A DNA stretch of 64,000 nucleotides from a bacterium (lineage in GTDB: Bacteria > Zhuqueibacterota > Zhuqueibacteria > Residuimicrobiales > Krinioviventaceae): assembly GCA_963674595.2 (NCBI GenBank), contig CAXXFV010000003.1, positions 224,001 to 288,000 on the forward strand. Reading direction: 5' to 3'. Position numbers and translations under genes: made by a program. The notes beneath the pieces were generated by a model. It had not been told where the DNA came from and made no database searches. It saw only the letters and a list, made by a program, of their open reading frames with translations. This document shows, piece after piece, positions 20,286 through 30,263 of the stretch; position 1 is the stretch's first letter, and every line of letters begins with the position of its first letter.

Positions 20286-21725
20286 ATGGAATCCCGACAA
20301 AACAGACGTGAGTTTTGTAAACAGACATTGCTGGCCCCTGTTGGTTTGAGTTTGGCAGGTTTGTTCCAATCCTGTGCAGAAAAAAGACAAAAAAGGCCCA
20401 ATATCATCTTCATCCTGGCAGATGATCTGGGTTATGGTGATTTGGGCTGTTATGGTCAAAAAGACATTCAAACACCCAATATTGACAAACTGGCAGCCGA
20501 AGGCATGCGTTTTATGCGCCACTATTCCGGCAGTACTGTGTGCGCGCCTTCACGTCACTCTCTGATGACAGGCAGACATACCGGACATTCCTATTTACGC
20601 GGAAATTCACACAGCCTGGCCACCCGGCGCGATCCCGATGACATGACGGTTGCAACTTTTCTCAAACAGGCCGGATACCATACGGCATTAATCGGTAAAA
20701 GTCCCATGGCATGCTGGACAACCGATGCTCAATTACCGAACGACAAGGGATTCGATTACGCATTCGGTTACCTCGATCATGGCAAGGCACATCATTATTT
20801 CCCCAAAACACTTTATCGTAACGGTGAAAAAATAAACTATCCGGATAACAATCTGCACACCGGTACGGTTTACAGTGATGATTTGATTCTTGAAGAATCA
20901 TTAAAATATATTGAAGAAAGAGCAAAAGCAGATCAGCCCTTTTTTATACACCTCGCTCTTCAAATCCCGCATGCCAGTTTGGTGGCTGAGGAAAAATGGA
21001 AAGCTAAATATCGGAACAAGTTTGATGAACAACCGGTAACCGACCAGAACCATTATACCAACCAACCGGAACCCAAAACGACTTATGCCGCCATGGTTTC
21101 AAGAATGGATTGGGATGTGGGTCAGGTGCTCAACAAACTGCAGGAACTTGGGCTGGATGAGAATACGATTGTTCTGTTTTCCAGCGATAATGGTTCCATG
21201 AACGAAGGAGGCTATCAAAGAACATGGTTCAAATCAAGCGGAGAATTACGGGGCGGTAAACGTGATCTGTATGAAGGCGGCGTTCGCGTACCCCTGATCG
21301 TGCGCTGGCCCGGAAAAATAGAAGCCGGAAGTAAAAGTCAGCATATCTCAGCTTTTTGGGATTTTCTACCGACTGCCCTTGAAATTGCAGGCGCAAAAAT
21401 ACCGAATGATATAGACGGCATTTCCTTTCTGCCCACACTTTTAGGAAAAGAGAATCAAAAAGAACATGATCATCTTTACTGGGAATTTCATGAACAAAAC
21501 GGGAAAAGGGCGGTATTGGCCGGAGACTGGAAAGCAGTCCAGTTAAACATGCATTCCAATCCTGGTAAAATAGAACTCTACAACCTGGCAGACGATCCTT
21601 CGGAAACAAACGATATTGCAGACAGCCATCCCGACAAAGTAAACGAACTTGCCGAATTGATGGAAAAAGCGCATAGCCCCCACCCGGTGTATTACTGGGG
21701 CAATCCGGACTTGGTAAGAAAATAA
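20286..21725 (+). CDS. Arylsulfatase (S1 family) with Tat signal
   Basis: NRREF Tat motif; PNIIFILADDLG; CAPSR formylglycine motif; SSDNG; GGKRDLYEGGVRVP. Confidence 0.93.
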   Translation: MESRQNRREFCKQTLLAPVGLSLAGLFQSCAEKRQKRPNIIFILADDLGYGDLGCYGQKDIQTPNIDKLAAEGMRFMRHYSGSTVCAPSRHSLMTGRHTGHSYLRGNSHSLATRRDPDDMTVATFLKQAGYHTALIGKSPMACWTTDAQLPNDKGFDYAFGYLDHGKAHHYFPKTLYRNGEKINYPDNNLHTGTVYSDDLILEESLKYIEERAKADQPFFIHLALQIPHASLVAEEKWKAKYRNKFDEQPVTDQNHYTNQPEPKTTYAAMVSRMDWDVGQVLNKLQELGLDENTIVLFSSDNGSMNEGGYQRTWFKSSGELRGGKRDLYEGGVRVPLIVRWPGKIEAGSKSQHISAFWDFLPTALEIAGAKIPNDIDGISFLPTLLGKENQKEHDHLYWEFHEQNGKRAVLAGDWKAVQLNMHSNPGKIELYNLADDPSETNDIADSHPDKVNELAELMEKAHSPHPVYYWGNPDLVRK

Positions 21726-21918
21726 AATTGATGTTTTAAACATTAAAATAAATTCGTGAAATAATATATTGAAAGGTCTATTTTTGATTTAAAATAAGAT
21801 ATATCAAAAAGAGTTAACTGTTTTTATTTCATAATCAAATTTGATAGCATAACCGTACTTAAATATCATCACCATAGTTTTCTGACTTAATCATTCAATT
21901 CAAAAAAAAGGTAAGGGT

Positions 21919-22911
21919 ATGAGAAAGTTGACAATTGCGATTATTTTACTGGTGATAGGCCTAAATTTTATGTGCAAACAAACAGAAACATCACAACAAT
22001 ACATTCAGATCAAAGGAAAACTCGACGGGCATAAATTTAATTATACGCCGGAAGCTTATGGTGCAGCGCTGTATGTTGATGATCTTGAATTCCAATTTAA
22101 AAAAATCAAAATCGGAGATATTTCATACGATGAGATTGAAATAAATAATATCAATAAAAGAGGTTTGTTACATGTCGGCCGGTTCCAAATCAACCAAAAA
22201 CCGCAGGATAGTTCACAGGTTGATATCAATTTCAACATTGCTAATGCTTGTGCAGAAATAGATATTCCGGGCGGAACATTTGAAATAACCAGAATTTTAA
22301 AAGACAGAATTGCCGGTCAATTAAAAATGGATATTTCGGAAAACGATTGGGTCCAATGCGAATTTGATTTAAAATTATATGATTTTATAGCAAAATTACC
22401 TTTTCCGGTAAAAAGTATGGATGGAACGGATCTGGAATATAAAAAAATAACCGATTCATATCCGGATGACTCTCTCAAATATGGAGACCTGGCTTTAAAT
22501 GGGAATTTTAAAAATGTAGAGTTTAATACGTTAATAAAAAATGGTCATATCCAGATGAACAAAGCTAGCATGGAAATAATAGCTTACAATGTCGATTTAT
22601 TAAACCATATTGAAATTGAAATGCAGGCACTCCCCATTGACGAAAAATTACGTGTCGGCAGTTTCACACTTGTTCCCATGGACCAGCAGGGCAAGATCAA
22701 ATTGGCAAATAACGAACTTTTTGCAGAATGGGAAGATTCCATTTCAAAAGATTCATTTGATAAAGATTATCCGATACAAGGGAATTTTGAGATCCTTGCT
22801 TACGATAGTACAACCATAGCCGGTGCTTTTACATTTAATATTCTTGATAGCCTCATGTCAATAGGTTTTGCAAACGGGAAATTTAAATTACCTGTTCAAA
22901 TTATAAAATAA
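21919..22911 (+). CDS. Hypothetical lipoprotein with an internal domain duplication
   Basis: Signal ending FMC; repeated VG.F and G.FEI...IAG segments. Confidence 0.6.
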   Translation: MRKLTIAIILLVIGLNFMCKQTETSQQYIQIKGKLDGHKFNYTPEAYGAALYVDDLEFQFKKIKIGDISYDEIEINNINKRGLLHVGRFQINQKPQDSSQVDINFNIANACAEIDIPGGTFEITRILKDRIAGQLKMDISENDWVQCEFDLKLYDFIAKLPFPVKSMDGTDLEYKKITDSYPDDSLKYGDLALNGNFKNVEFNTLIKNGHIQMNKASMEIIAYNVDLLNHIEIEMQALPIDEKLRVGSFTLVPMDQQGKIKLANNELFAEWEDSISKDSFDKDYPIQGNFEILAYDSTTIAGAFTFNILDSLMSIGFANGKFKLPVQIIK

Positions 22912-22981
22912 AAGATCAGTTTTCAGAGTATTAGCAAAAATAAAATAAATAACAATTTTTATAAAATTTTTGGAGGGTATC

Positions 22982-25456
22982 ATGAGAACATTTAAACTCG
23001 TGTATATAAATTTTATTTTAATCTTTTCACTGTCATCCGTCGTTATGGCACAATCACAGATGATTGCCGATATTACTGAAAATGTGGAAACAGAGTTTGC
23101 GACATACCAACCCTATTTGGTCGAATTTACTCCATCAGTCCCATCGTTTACAATTGATCCGGATTTTGCTAATGTAAATTATTTTACTAGAATGCCATCT
23201 ACCTTAAATGAAACAGAAATGAATTTACTGGCAAAGAACTATTTTATCGTAAAAAAATCACCCTATAAACAGTTATTTGATATCTATAATGAATGTACCT
23301 GGCACGGCACCCCGGTTTTTGTAACAACAGATGCGGTTTTGCATACCTTTCATGTTTTGTATGATAAACTTTTAGCGGAAATTGAAATACAAAAGTTTAA
23401 CAGCATGCTGCGGTACATGACCGATACCTTACTTGCAAACGCAAAAATAACAAGTCAAACCGCATCAAATTCTGCCGTGCAGGAAGCAGCCTTGAAAAAC
23501 CTGGCCTTTTTGTATGTTGCCAAAAAATTACTGGACGGCGACACCGTAACTGTTCCGGAATCTGTTTCCGCTCTGGTGGATTCAGAACTGGTGCTGATCC
23601 AAAACACAAAAGGATATGCTTTTTCACCAATTTTAGGGACGTTTTCCAAAATGGACTATAGCCAGTTCAAAGTACGGGGCCATTACACACAGTCAGATGA
23701 ACTGAAAGCATATTTTAAAACCATGATGTGGTACGGCTGGACCATCATGACTATGGAACCCGATTTATTCGGTGAGATAGCGGAACGCCACACCCTGCAG
23801 GCGCTTATGCTGGTGCAAATGATTTTCAATCTGGAATCGGACGAACAGCCGCTATTGGAATTATGGAAAAATATTTATGAACCCACTGTTTTCTTTGTCG
23901 GTAAAACAGACGATCCAAACATTCACGACTATAAAACAATTGCCGACCAGGTTTACGGTGAAAATTTCCTGTCACTTGACCCGGACGAGTTGGCGGACAG
24001 CGCATCCCTGACTCAGTTTATGGCTAAAGCCCAGGAATTGCCGGAGCCCAAAATACCCAACTGGATTTATGGTACTTTTATAACCTATAAAGGATTTCGT
24101 TTCATGGGCCAGCGATTTATACCGGATTCATATATGCTAGCCCATTTAATTGATCCCTATGTAAGGGATCGTTTTTTCCCGATGGGATTGGACATCATGT
24201 CAATACTGGGTTCGGAGCGGGCCTTAACAATTGCCGATTCTGTTTATAACGAAACGTCCTTTACAAACTACACCGAAACAATTAATCAATTTAAACAGGA
24301 ATACAAAGCATTGAGCGCTGAAACCTGGGCGCAAAATCTTTACTGGAACTGGCTGTATTGCCTGATGCCGCTGTTTTACGAAAAAGGCCCCGGCTATCCG
24401 TTATTTATGCAATCACCTGCCTGGATGGACAAGGAACTGATGACGGCGCTGGCTTCCTGGGCGGAATTACGGCATGATACCATTCTCTATGCCAAACAAT
24501 CAACATCCCCATGCGGCATTACGCCGGGACCACCCAAAGGTTACGTAGAGCCGAACCCGTATCTTTATGCACGTTTGGCAAGTCTGACCAAATTTGCCAG
24601 AGAAGGCCTTGGCTCGCGAAATTTGTTTCTGGATGAATTTACGGAAAAATTTGCTCTGTTTGAAGATTTGTTGATTTTCTTAAAAAGAATTTCGATTAAA
24701 GAACTGGAAAATACTCCATTAACAGACACGGAATACGATGACATTTATTGTTTCGGCAAAGTTATGGAAAAAATTGTTTCCGAGGTCAAAGACCCATCCA
24801 ATCCCTGGGAATCAGACGCAGATGACATGGCTGTTGTAGCCGATGTGCATACGGATTCCAATTCCGACAAATGTCTTGAAGAAGGTGTCGGATATCCGCT
24901 GGAAATATATGTCATTGTCAATGAAGGCGGCGATACAAGAATGACCCGTGGCGCTATCTTTTCTTATTATGAATTCAAGCAGCCTATTTCAGACCGGCTA
25001 ACGGACGAACAATGGCGTGAGATGCTGGTCAGTGAAACCCCGCCACAATTGCCCAAATGGATGTCGAGTTTTATTGCCAATGAATATATGCCCTACGGGT
25101 TTTACGACTATGCACCGGAAAACCTGTTTCACAAAGACTTTGTCGCTGTCGAACAGGATGACAAAACCAAAGTGCCGCAAAAACTGAATCTTTTACAGAA
25201 TTATCCCAATCCATTTAATCCGGAAACGGTGATCCAATTTGAATTGCCTGAACCGGGATACATAAAACTCTCGATTTATAACATGCTGGGACGACAAATA
25301 AAAACTTTATTTGACGGGTACAAATCCGCCGGATTTTACCAGGAAACATGGAACGGTCTTGATGCATTAGGGAAACAAGTCCCCAGCGGTGTTTATTTTT
25401 ACAGACTGGAGGTTAACAGACAACAATATATAAAGAAAATGATGATGGTGCGATAA
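22982..25456 (+). CDS. DUF3160-domain protein with FlgD/T9SS C-terminal sorting domain
   Basis: DYSQFKVRGHY, FRFMGQRF, SWAELRHDTILYAKQ, GYVEP; C-terminal QNYPNPFNP...SGVYFYRL. Confidence 0.88.
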   Translation: MRTFKLVYINFILIFSLSSVVMAQSQMIADITENVETEFATYQPYLVEFTPSVPSFTIDPDFANVNYFTRMPSTLNETEMNLLAKNYFIVKKSPYKQLFDIYNECTWHGTPVFVTTDAVLHTFHVLYDKLLAEIEIQKFNSMLRYMTDTLLANAKITSQTASNSAVQEAALKNLAFLYVAKKLLDGDTVTVPESVSALVDSELVLIQNTKGYAFSPILGTFSKMDYSQFKVRGHYTQSDELKAYFKTMMWYGWTIMTMEPDLFGEIAERHTLQALMLVQMIFNLESDEQPLLELWKNIYEPTVFFVGKTDDPNIHDYKTIADQVYGENFLSLDPDELADSASLTQFMAKAQELPEPKIPNWIYGTFITYKGFRFMGQRFIPDSYMLAHLIDPYVRDRFFPMGLDIMSILGSERALTIADSVYNETSFTNYTETINQFKQEYKALSAETWAQNLYWNWLYCLMPLFYEKGPGYPLFMQSPAWMDKELMTALASWAELRHDTILYAKQSTSPCGITPGPPKGYVEPNPYLYARLASLTKFAREGLGSRNLFLDEFTEKFALFEDLLIFLKRISIKELENTPLTDTEYDDIYCFGKVMEKIVSEVKDPSNPWESDADDMAVVADVHTDSNSDKCLEEGVGYPLEIYVIVNEGGDTRMTRGAIFSYYEFKQPISDRLTDEQWREMLVSETPPQLPKWMSSFIANEYMPYGFYDYAPENLFHKDFVAVEQDDKTKVPQKLNLLQNYPNPFNPETVIQFELPEPGYIKLSIYNMLGRQIKTLFDGYKSAGFYQETWNGLDALGKQVPSGVYFYRLEVNRQQYIKKMMMVR

Positions 25457-25492
25457 AAAAAATTTTGAAATCAAATTGGATGAATAACGATC

Positions 25493-25915
25493 CTAAATAA
25501 ACGGATTAATTATTGAAAGGGATTGTATTTTTTGCTGATGTTGCAAATCCTCGGAATATAGGATATTACACTCTGCTTGTATAGCAGCAGCGATTATCAA
25601 AGAATCATAAAAAGAATATTTCCATCGTTCCATAATATCTAAAGCTCTGTGATAAATCTCTATATTTGAAAAAATCGTACATAATGGAGCCAATACATTA
25701 TCCAAATACTTTTGACAATCACTAACAGAAAAAGGAACCAAAAACTTGCGTGTTGCGACATTAATAAATTCCTGGATAACTTGATAACTGATACAGCCAT
25801 TTTTTTCAAAAAGAGCTCTTTTAACAAGGTTATGTGCTTTTTCCCTTTTTACCGGTTCACTCTGATTGAATGCATAAACAAAAATATTCGTATCGATAAA
25901 ATATTTATCGTTCAT
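25493..25915 (-). CDS. PIN-domain toxin (VapC-like)
   Basis: FIDTNIFVY, QVIQEF, SFYDSLIIAAA, LYSEDLQ, INPF. Confidence 0.9.
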   Translation of the reverse strand: MNDKYFIDTNIFVYAFNQSEPVKREKAHNLVKRALFEKNGCISYQVIQEFINVATRKFLVPFSVSDCQKYLDNVLAPLCTIFSNIEIYHRALDIMERWKYSFYDSLIIAAAIQAECNILYSEDLQHQQKIQSLSIINPFI

Positions 25916-26126
25916 TTAACTCATCCCGTGTATATTTTTTGTCTGATTTCACATAACTCAGAGTTTGCATCAATTCATCATAGTCTTGTGCTTTAAAACT
26001 GGAATTTGCAAAAGTTTTTAGCCACTGCCGAAAAGAGGCATTTAACGTTGTTTTATCAGCCTGTGCCCTTTTTCTGGCTTTTTCAATTAATTCTTCGTCA
26101 GCACTTAATGTAATATTTTTTAGCAT
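25905..26126 (-). CDS. Cognate antitoxin (ribbon-helix-helix type)
   Basis: KNITLSADEELIEKAR...TTLN...TRDEL; overlaps the toxin start. Confidence 0.8.
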   Translation of the reverse strand: MLKNITLSADEELIEKARKRAQADKTTLNASFRQWLKTFANSSFKAQDYDELMQTLSYVKSDKKYTRDELNER

Positions 26127-26151
26127 ATCATTAACTCCAAAATTTTATAAT

Positions 26152-26183
26152 TACACGATTGCAGTGTACACTAATATAGTGTG
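26152..26183. promoter_or_regulatory. Tandem TA operator palindromes
   Basis: TACAC-N7-GTGTA (26152-26168) overlapping TACAC-N7-GTGTG (26167-26183), just upstream of the antitoxin. Confidence 0.6.
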
Positions 26184-26261
26184 TTTAGTTATAAAAAGCA
26201 ATATACTTTTAATAAAAGTTTACGAATCTCCAGTTCAAGTGGATAAAAATATCCTCACCTA

Positions 26262-26951
26262 TCACCTTACCCGGCAATCCCGGCCATACTCTTTTAATTC
26301 CTGTATTATTTCGTTCAGTTCATCCTGGGTATATTGCTCGGTTTCTGCGAGTTCAGGATCGTAGACGTTGGTTGGAACGAATTTTTGCAAATAAAAACGT
26401 TCCGCCCCTTTAATCGTTATGGTAATTTTTTTCAGATCCTCCACTGTTGTGAGATGTTTTACCACGGTGGTCCGAAATTCATGATGAATACCGGAGGTTA
26501 TAATCAATTCAATACTCTTTTCCAATACCTCCGCATCAACCTCATACCCTGCAATCTTTGCATAATCCGGCAGCGGCGCTTTTACATCCATGGCAATATA
26601 ATCAACAAGTTTTTTATGAACAAGCAGTTGCAGCATATCCGGATGTGTGCCGTTGGTGTCCAGTTTTACTAAAAATCCCATCGTTTTAATTTTTTCAGCA
26701 AATTCAGGTAAATCCGTATGCAGTGTCGGCTCACCCCCTGTTATACAAACCCCATCCAGCTTGCTGCGACGCGTTTCTAAAAAGCTGAAAATATCAGCAA
26801 CAGGTATATTTTGCACCTGTTTTCCGGGAATGATTAATTCGGGATTGTGGCAGTAACGACAGCGAAAGTTGCAGCCGACCGTAAAAATAACAGCCGCAAT
26901 TTTCCCGGGATAATCAATCAAGGAACATTTTTGCAATCCGCCAATGATCAT
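26262..26951 (-). CDS. nrdG: Anaerobic ribonucleotide reductase activating enzyme (radical SAM)
   Basis: SLIDYPG, GCNFRCRYCHNP, ITGGEPT, KLDTNG; adjacent to nrdD. Confidence 0.9.
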   Translation of the reverse strand: MIIGGLQKCSLIDYPGKIAAVIFTVGCNFRCRYCHNPELIIPGKQVQNIPVADIFSFLETRRSKLDGVCITGGEPTLHTDLPEFAEKIKTMGFLVKLDTNGTHPDMLQLLVHKKLVDYIAMDVKAPLPDYAKIAGYEVDAEVLEKSIELIITSGIHHEFRTTVVKHLTTVEDLKKITITIKGAERFYLQKFVPTNVYDPELAETEQYTQDELNEIIQELKEYGRDCRVR

Positions 26952-26953
26952 GT

Positions 26954-29038
26954 TCAGGCTGCAAAGGTTTGACGTAAATCAAATTCGGCTTTTTTGCCGT
27001 CATTCCATTGATTTATCGGGCGCAAATAGCCGACAACCCGTGAATAAATCTCACAAGAACTGGAACATTTTTCACAAACTGCCACTTCTCCCGAAATATA
27101 ACCGTGATTTGGACAGACACTGAATGTCGGCGTTAGAGTAAAATATGGTAAATGATAATTTTCACAAATCTTTTTTACCATGTTTTTCACGCTTTCAGTT
27201 TCTTTAATTCTTTCACCAAGGAAAAAATGTAAAACCGTACCGCCGGTGTATTTCACCTGTAAATCATCCTGCAATTCCAGGGCCTCAAAAATATCGTCCG
27301 TAAAATTGACAGGCAATTGTGTCGAGTTGGTATAAAACGGATTCTTGACATCTTTACCCTGTCCATTGCCAAAAATGGCTTTCTGAAATTGCTGCTGGTC
27401 CAAAAGCGCTAATTTATACGATGTCCCTTCTGCCGGCGTTGCTTCCAGGTTGTAATTATTTCCGGTTTCTGTCTGAAAATCGATAATAACATCGCGCATA
27501 AAATCCAAAACATCCTCTGCAAATTGTTTCCCTTTTGCGGAGGCAATATTTTTTCCATAAATATTTTCTATGGCCTCGTTCATACCCACAACGCCGATTG
27601 TGGAAAAATGGTTCTTCCAAAAATTGCTGTGCTGTTCTATAATATTCCTTAAATAAAATTTTGTATAGGGATAAAGATTACAATCCGTAAAGTGTTCCAA
27701 AACTTTTCTTTTAATTTCCAGACTGTCCCTGGCAATGACCATAAGCTCCCTAAGCCGGTCCATAAACTCTTTTTCACTTTTGGATTTTAATCCAATACGG
27801 GGTAAATTTATCGTTACAACGCCGATAGAGCCGGTTAAAGGATTGGCACCAAACAAACCGCCGCCGCGTTTTTCCAACTGCCTGTTATCAATCCTTAACC
27901 GACAGCACATGGAACGAGCGTCATCCGGGCTCATATCTGAATTCACAAAATTCGAAAAATAGGGCAATCCATATTTACCTGCTGCTTCCCACAATAATTC
28001 ACTCGATTCGCTGTCCCAATCAAAATCTTTGGTAATATTATATGTTGGAATTGGAAAAGTAAAAACACGCCCGCTGGCGTCGCCTGCAATCATAACTTCC
28101 AAAAAGGCCTTGTTAAACATGTCCATCTCTTTTTGAAAATCCGCATAGCACTCGTTTTGCGGCATGCCGCCAATAATAACCGCCTGTTCAGCATAATGTT
28201 TTGGGACCGTCAAATCCAGCGTAACGTTTGTAAAGGGCGTTTGAAAACCAACCCGGGTAGGTACATTCAGATTAAAAAGAAACTCCTGAATGGCCTGTTT
28301 AACTTCTTTGTATGTCAAATTATCATAGCGGATAAACGGGGCAAGTAACGTGTCAAAATTACTAAAAGCCTGGGCACCGGCTGCTTCGCCTTGCAGGGTG
28401 TAAAAAAAGTTCACAATTTGTCCCAATGCGGCACGAAAATGCTTTGGCGGTTTGCTGGTAATTTTGCCTTCAACGCCAGTGAACCCTTCCATCAACAGGT
28501 CCCACAGATCCCATCCCACACAATAAACGGAAAGTATGTTCAGGTCATGAATATGAAAATCACCATCAGTATGGGCCGCCCTAATATTTTCCGGATATAT
28601 TTTATTAAGCCAATAATTTTTACTGATTTCACTGGAAATATAATTGTTCAATCCCTGCAACGAATAGGACATGTTACTGTTTTCTTTTACCTGCCAGTCT
28701 GTTTTGTAAAGATACTTTTCAACCAAACCATTGTTAACAGCATTGGTAAGTTCACGCAATTGTTTATGCTGGTCCCGGTATAATATATAGGCCTTGGCGG
28801 TCCTTTTAAACTTTGAATCCAACAAAACATCCTCTACAATATCCTGTATCTGTTCGACCTGGGGAATATTGTCGTGAATGATTTGTTCGGCCAGGAGCAA
28901 CACCTTTTGAGTCAACCGGCCTGCCCTAACAACATCAAACTCTCCCGTTGCTTTTCCGGCTTTGGCAATCGCCTGAACAATCTTGTTTTCGTCAAAATCG
29001 ACAATCTGATCATTGCGTTTTTTAATCTGTTTGAACAT
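26954..29038 (-). CDS. nrdD: Class III anaerobic ribonucleoside-triphosphate reductase with ATP-cone
   Basis: ATP-cone (IKKR...VEQIQDIVE), RSMCCRL, EATPAE, glycyl-radical YSRVVGYLRP. True start is ATG 29038 after AAGGA; the ORF track runs on into the riboswitch. Confidence 0.95.
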   Translation of the reverse strand: MFKQIKKRNDQIVDFDENKIVQAIAKAGKATGEFDVVRAGRLTQKVLLLAEQIIHDNIPQVEQIQDIVEDVLLDSKFKRTAKAYILYRDQHKQLRELTNAVNNGLVEKYLYKTDWQVKENSNMSYSLQGLNNYISSEISKNYWLNKIYPENIRAAHTDGDFHIHDLNILSVYCVGWDLWDLLMEGFTGVEGKITSKPPKHFRAALGQIVNFFYTLQGEAAGAQAFSNFDTLLAPFIRYDNLTYKEVKQAIQEFLFNLNVPTRVGFQTPFTNVTLDLTVPKHYAEQAVIIGGMPQNECYADFQKEMDMFNKAFLEVMIAGDASGRVFTFPIPTYNITKDFDWDSESSELLWEAAGKYGLPYFSNFVNSDMSPDDARSMCCRLRIDNRQLEKRGGGLFGANPLTGSIGVVTINLPRIGLKSKSEKEFMDRLRELMVIARDSLEIKRKVLEHFTDCNLYPYTKFYLRNIIEQHSNFWKNHFSTIGVVGMNEAIENIYGKNIASAKGKQFAEDVLDFMRDVIIDFQTETGNNYNLEATPAEGTSYKLALLDQQQFQKAIFGNGQGKDVKNPFYTNSTQLPVNFTDDIFEALELQDDLQVKYTGGTVLHFFLGERIKETESVKNMVKKICENYHLPYFTLTPTFSVCPNHGYISGEVAVCEKCSSSCEIYSRVVGYLRPINQWNDGKKAEFDLRQTFAA

Positions 29039-29057
29039 GGTTTTCCTTTCGGGATTA

Positions 29058-29088
29058 AACAAAAAAAACTCGGCCAAAGCGCCAAGTT
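29058..29088 (-). terminator. Riboswitch expression-platform terminator
   Basis: Minus strand aacttggc-gctttg-gccgagtt followed by a T-run. Confidence 0.7.
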
Positions 29089-29142
29089 CCTGTGTAATCC
29101 AAATGGCTTGACGCGAACCAAAAGCGGACCTTTTTAGGTTCA

Positions 29143-29208
29143 TTGTACAGGGTCGGACTATAACCGTTGCGCGACAGTACCGGAATTTCACCGGATTTCA
29201 CCATACAA
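29143..29208 (-). ncRNA. Cobalamin riboswitch (short AdoCbl-variant/class II type)
   Basis: Minus strand tgtatggtgaaatccggtgaaattccggtactgtcgcgcaacggttatagtccgaccctgtaca: cobalamin core ggtgaaattcc / ctgtcgcgcaacggt / agtccga with a closing stem, in the nrdD leader. Confidence 0.85.
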
Positions 29209-29314
29209 ACCGCTTTAAATTTTCTTATATTCTATAATTTATTGTTTATAAACAAGACCTCTTAATTCCTATTACATATTTATTTTAACATCCGTTCCGG
29301 TACAATAAACACAA

Positions 29315-29857
29315 TTATTTTTTAACATTCAAGTCATTTTGTTGAAAATCTTTATAAAGTAAACTGGGCTGAATACCGGAATTGCCCTGGTATTTTCCGC
29401 TATTATAATTTACATAATCACCTTCAATTGTGTGATAATAAATCTGACAGACCTGTACACCGGCATAAATTTTAACCGGCTGCACACAAAAAATTTCCAG
29501 GGTCCAAAATCCCTTAAAACCAACATCGCCAAATCCTGCCGTAACGTGGATAAAAACACCCAACCTGCCAATGGATGAACGTCCCTCCAGCATAGGGACC
29601 AGATTACGGGTTTCAGTATATTCAACGGTCCTGCCCAAATACAATGTGTTCGGTTCCAGCAACAGGCCCTCGTCCGGAATGGTGATTAACTGCGCCTTGT
29701 TCTCACGTTTCATGTCCAGTTCTTTGTTTTCATACACCAGCAGTTCGTTATAAAGAGACAAGTTATAGCTGTTTGGATTCAGTCTTTTTTCATTAAAAGG
29801 ATCAATAACAATATCCCCGCCGATGCGTCTTTCAATTTCCTTACCTGAAAGTATCAT
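29315..29857 (-). CDS. dcd: dCTP deaminase
   Basis: MILSG, LNPNSYNL, EGRSSIGRLG, AGFGDVGF.G..TLEI, KYQG. Confidence 0.93.
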   Translation of the reverse strand: MILSGKEIERRIGGDIVIDPFNEKRLNPNSYNLSLYNELLVYENKELDMKRENKAQLITIPDEGLLLEPNTLYLGRTVEYTETRNLVPMLEGRSSIGRLGVFIHVTAGFGDVGFKGFWTLEIFCVQPVKIYAGVQVCQIYYHTIEGDYVNYNSGKYQGNSGIQPSLLYKDFQQNDLNVKK

Positions 29858-29892
29858 TTGTATTCCTAAATTTATTGTCCAGTTCGCAAAAA

Positions 29893-30078
29893 TCACATTA
29901 TATAATTTACAAAAGCCACAATCAGCTTTATAAAAGGCCATAAAAAAAGCAGTACTAAAAACAGGGCAATCCATTTTATATTATTTTTCTGCTGAGGTAA
30001 TTCATACCCGCATATTGGACAAACCTGTTCTCTTTTGTCAATCTCGACAGCACAAGAAGGGCACTCTCTTTTTTGCAT
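29893..30078 (-). CDS. Small zinc-ribbon membrane protein
   Basis: CPSC...CPICG plus a C-terminal TM helix; GGAG RBS. Confidence 0.7.
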   Translation of the reverse strand: MQKRECPSCAVEIDKREQVCPICGYELPQQKNNIKWIALFLVLLFLWPFIKLIVAFVNYIM

Positions 30079-30263
30079 AACCGCTCCATTCTATAAAACA
30101 TGAGAAAAAGTGTACTTATATTTGCATTAAAAAGCAAGAATTTTCGTTTATAACCCCAACGATACGATAGTTCCTAAATCAGCTTGGAACAAATATTGAC
30201 AATAGGTAAACATTTTTATATATTGCGCTGTGTTGTTTTTAACAATTTCTACAGGAGAATGAA

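Noticed and set aside
29039-29191. 51-codon N-terminal extension of NrdD
   Set aside because: It overlaps the cobalamin riboswitch and terminator; the RBS-backed ATG is at 29038.
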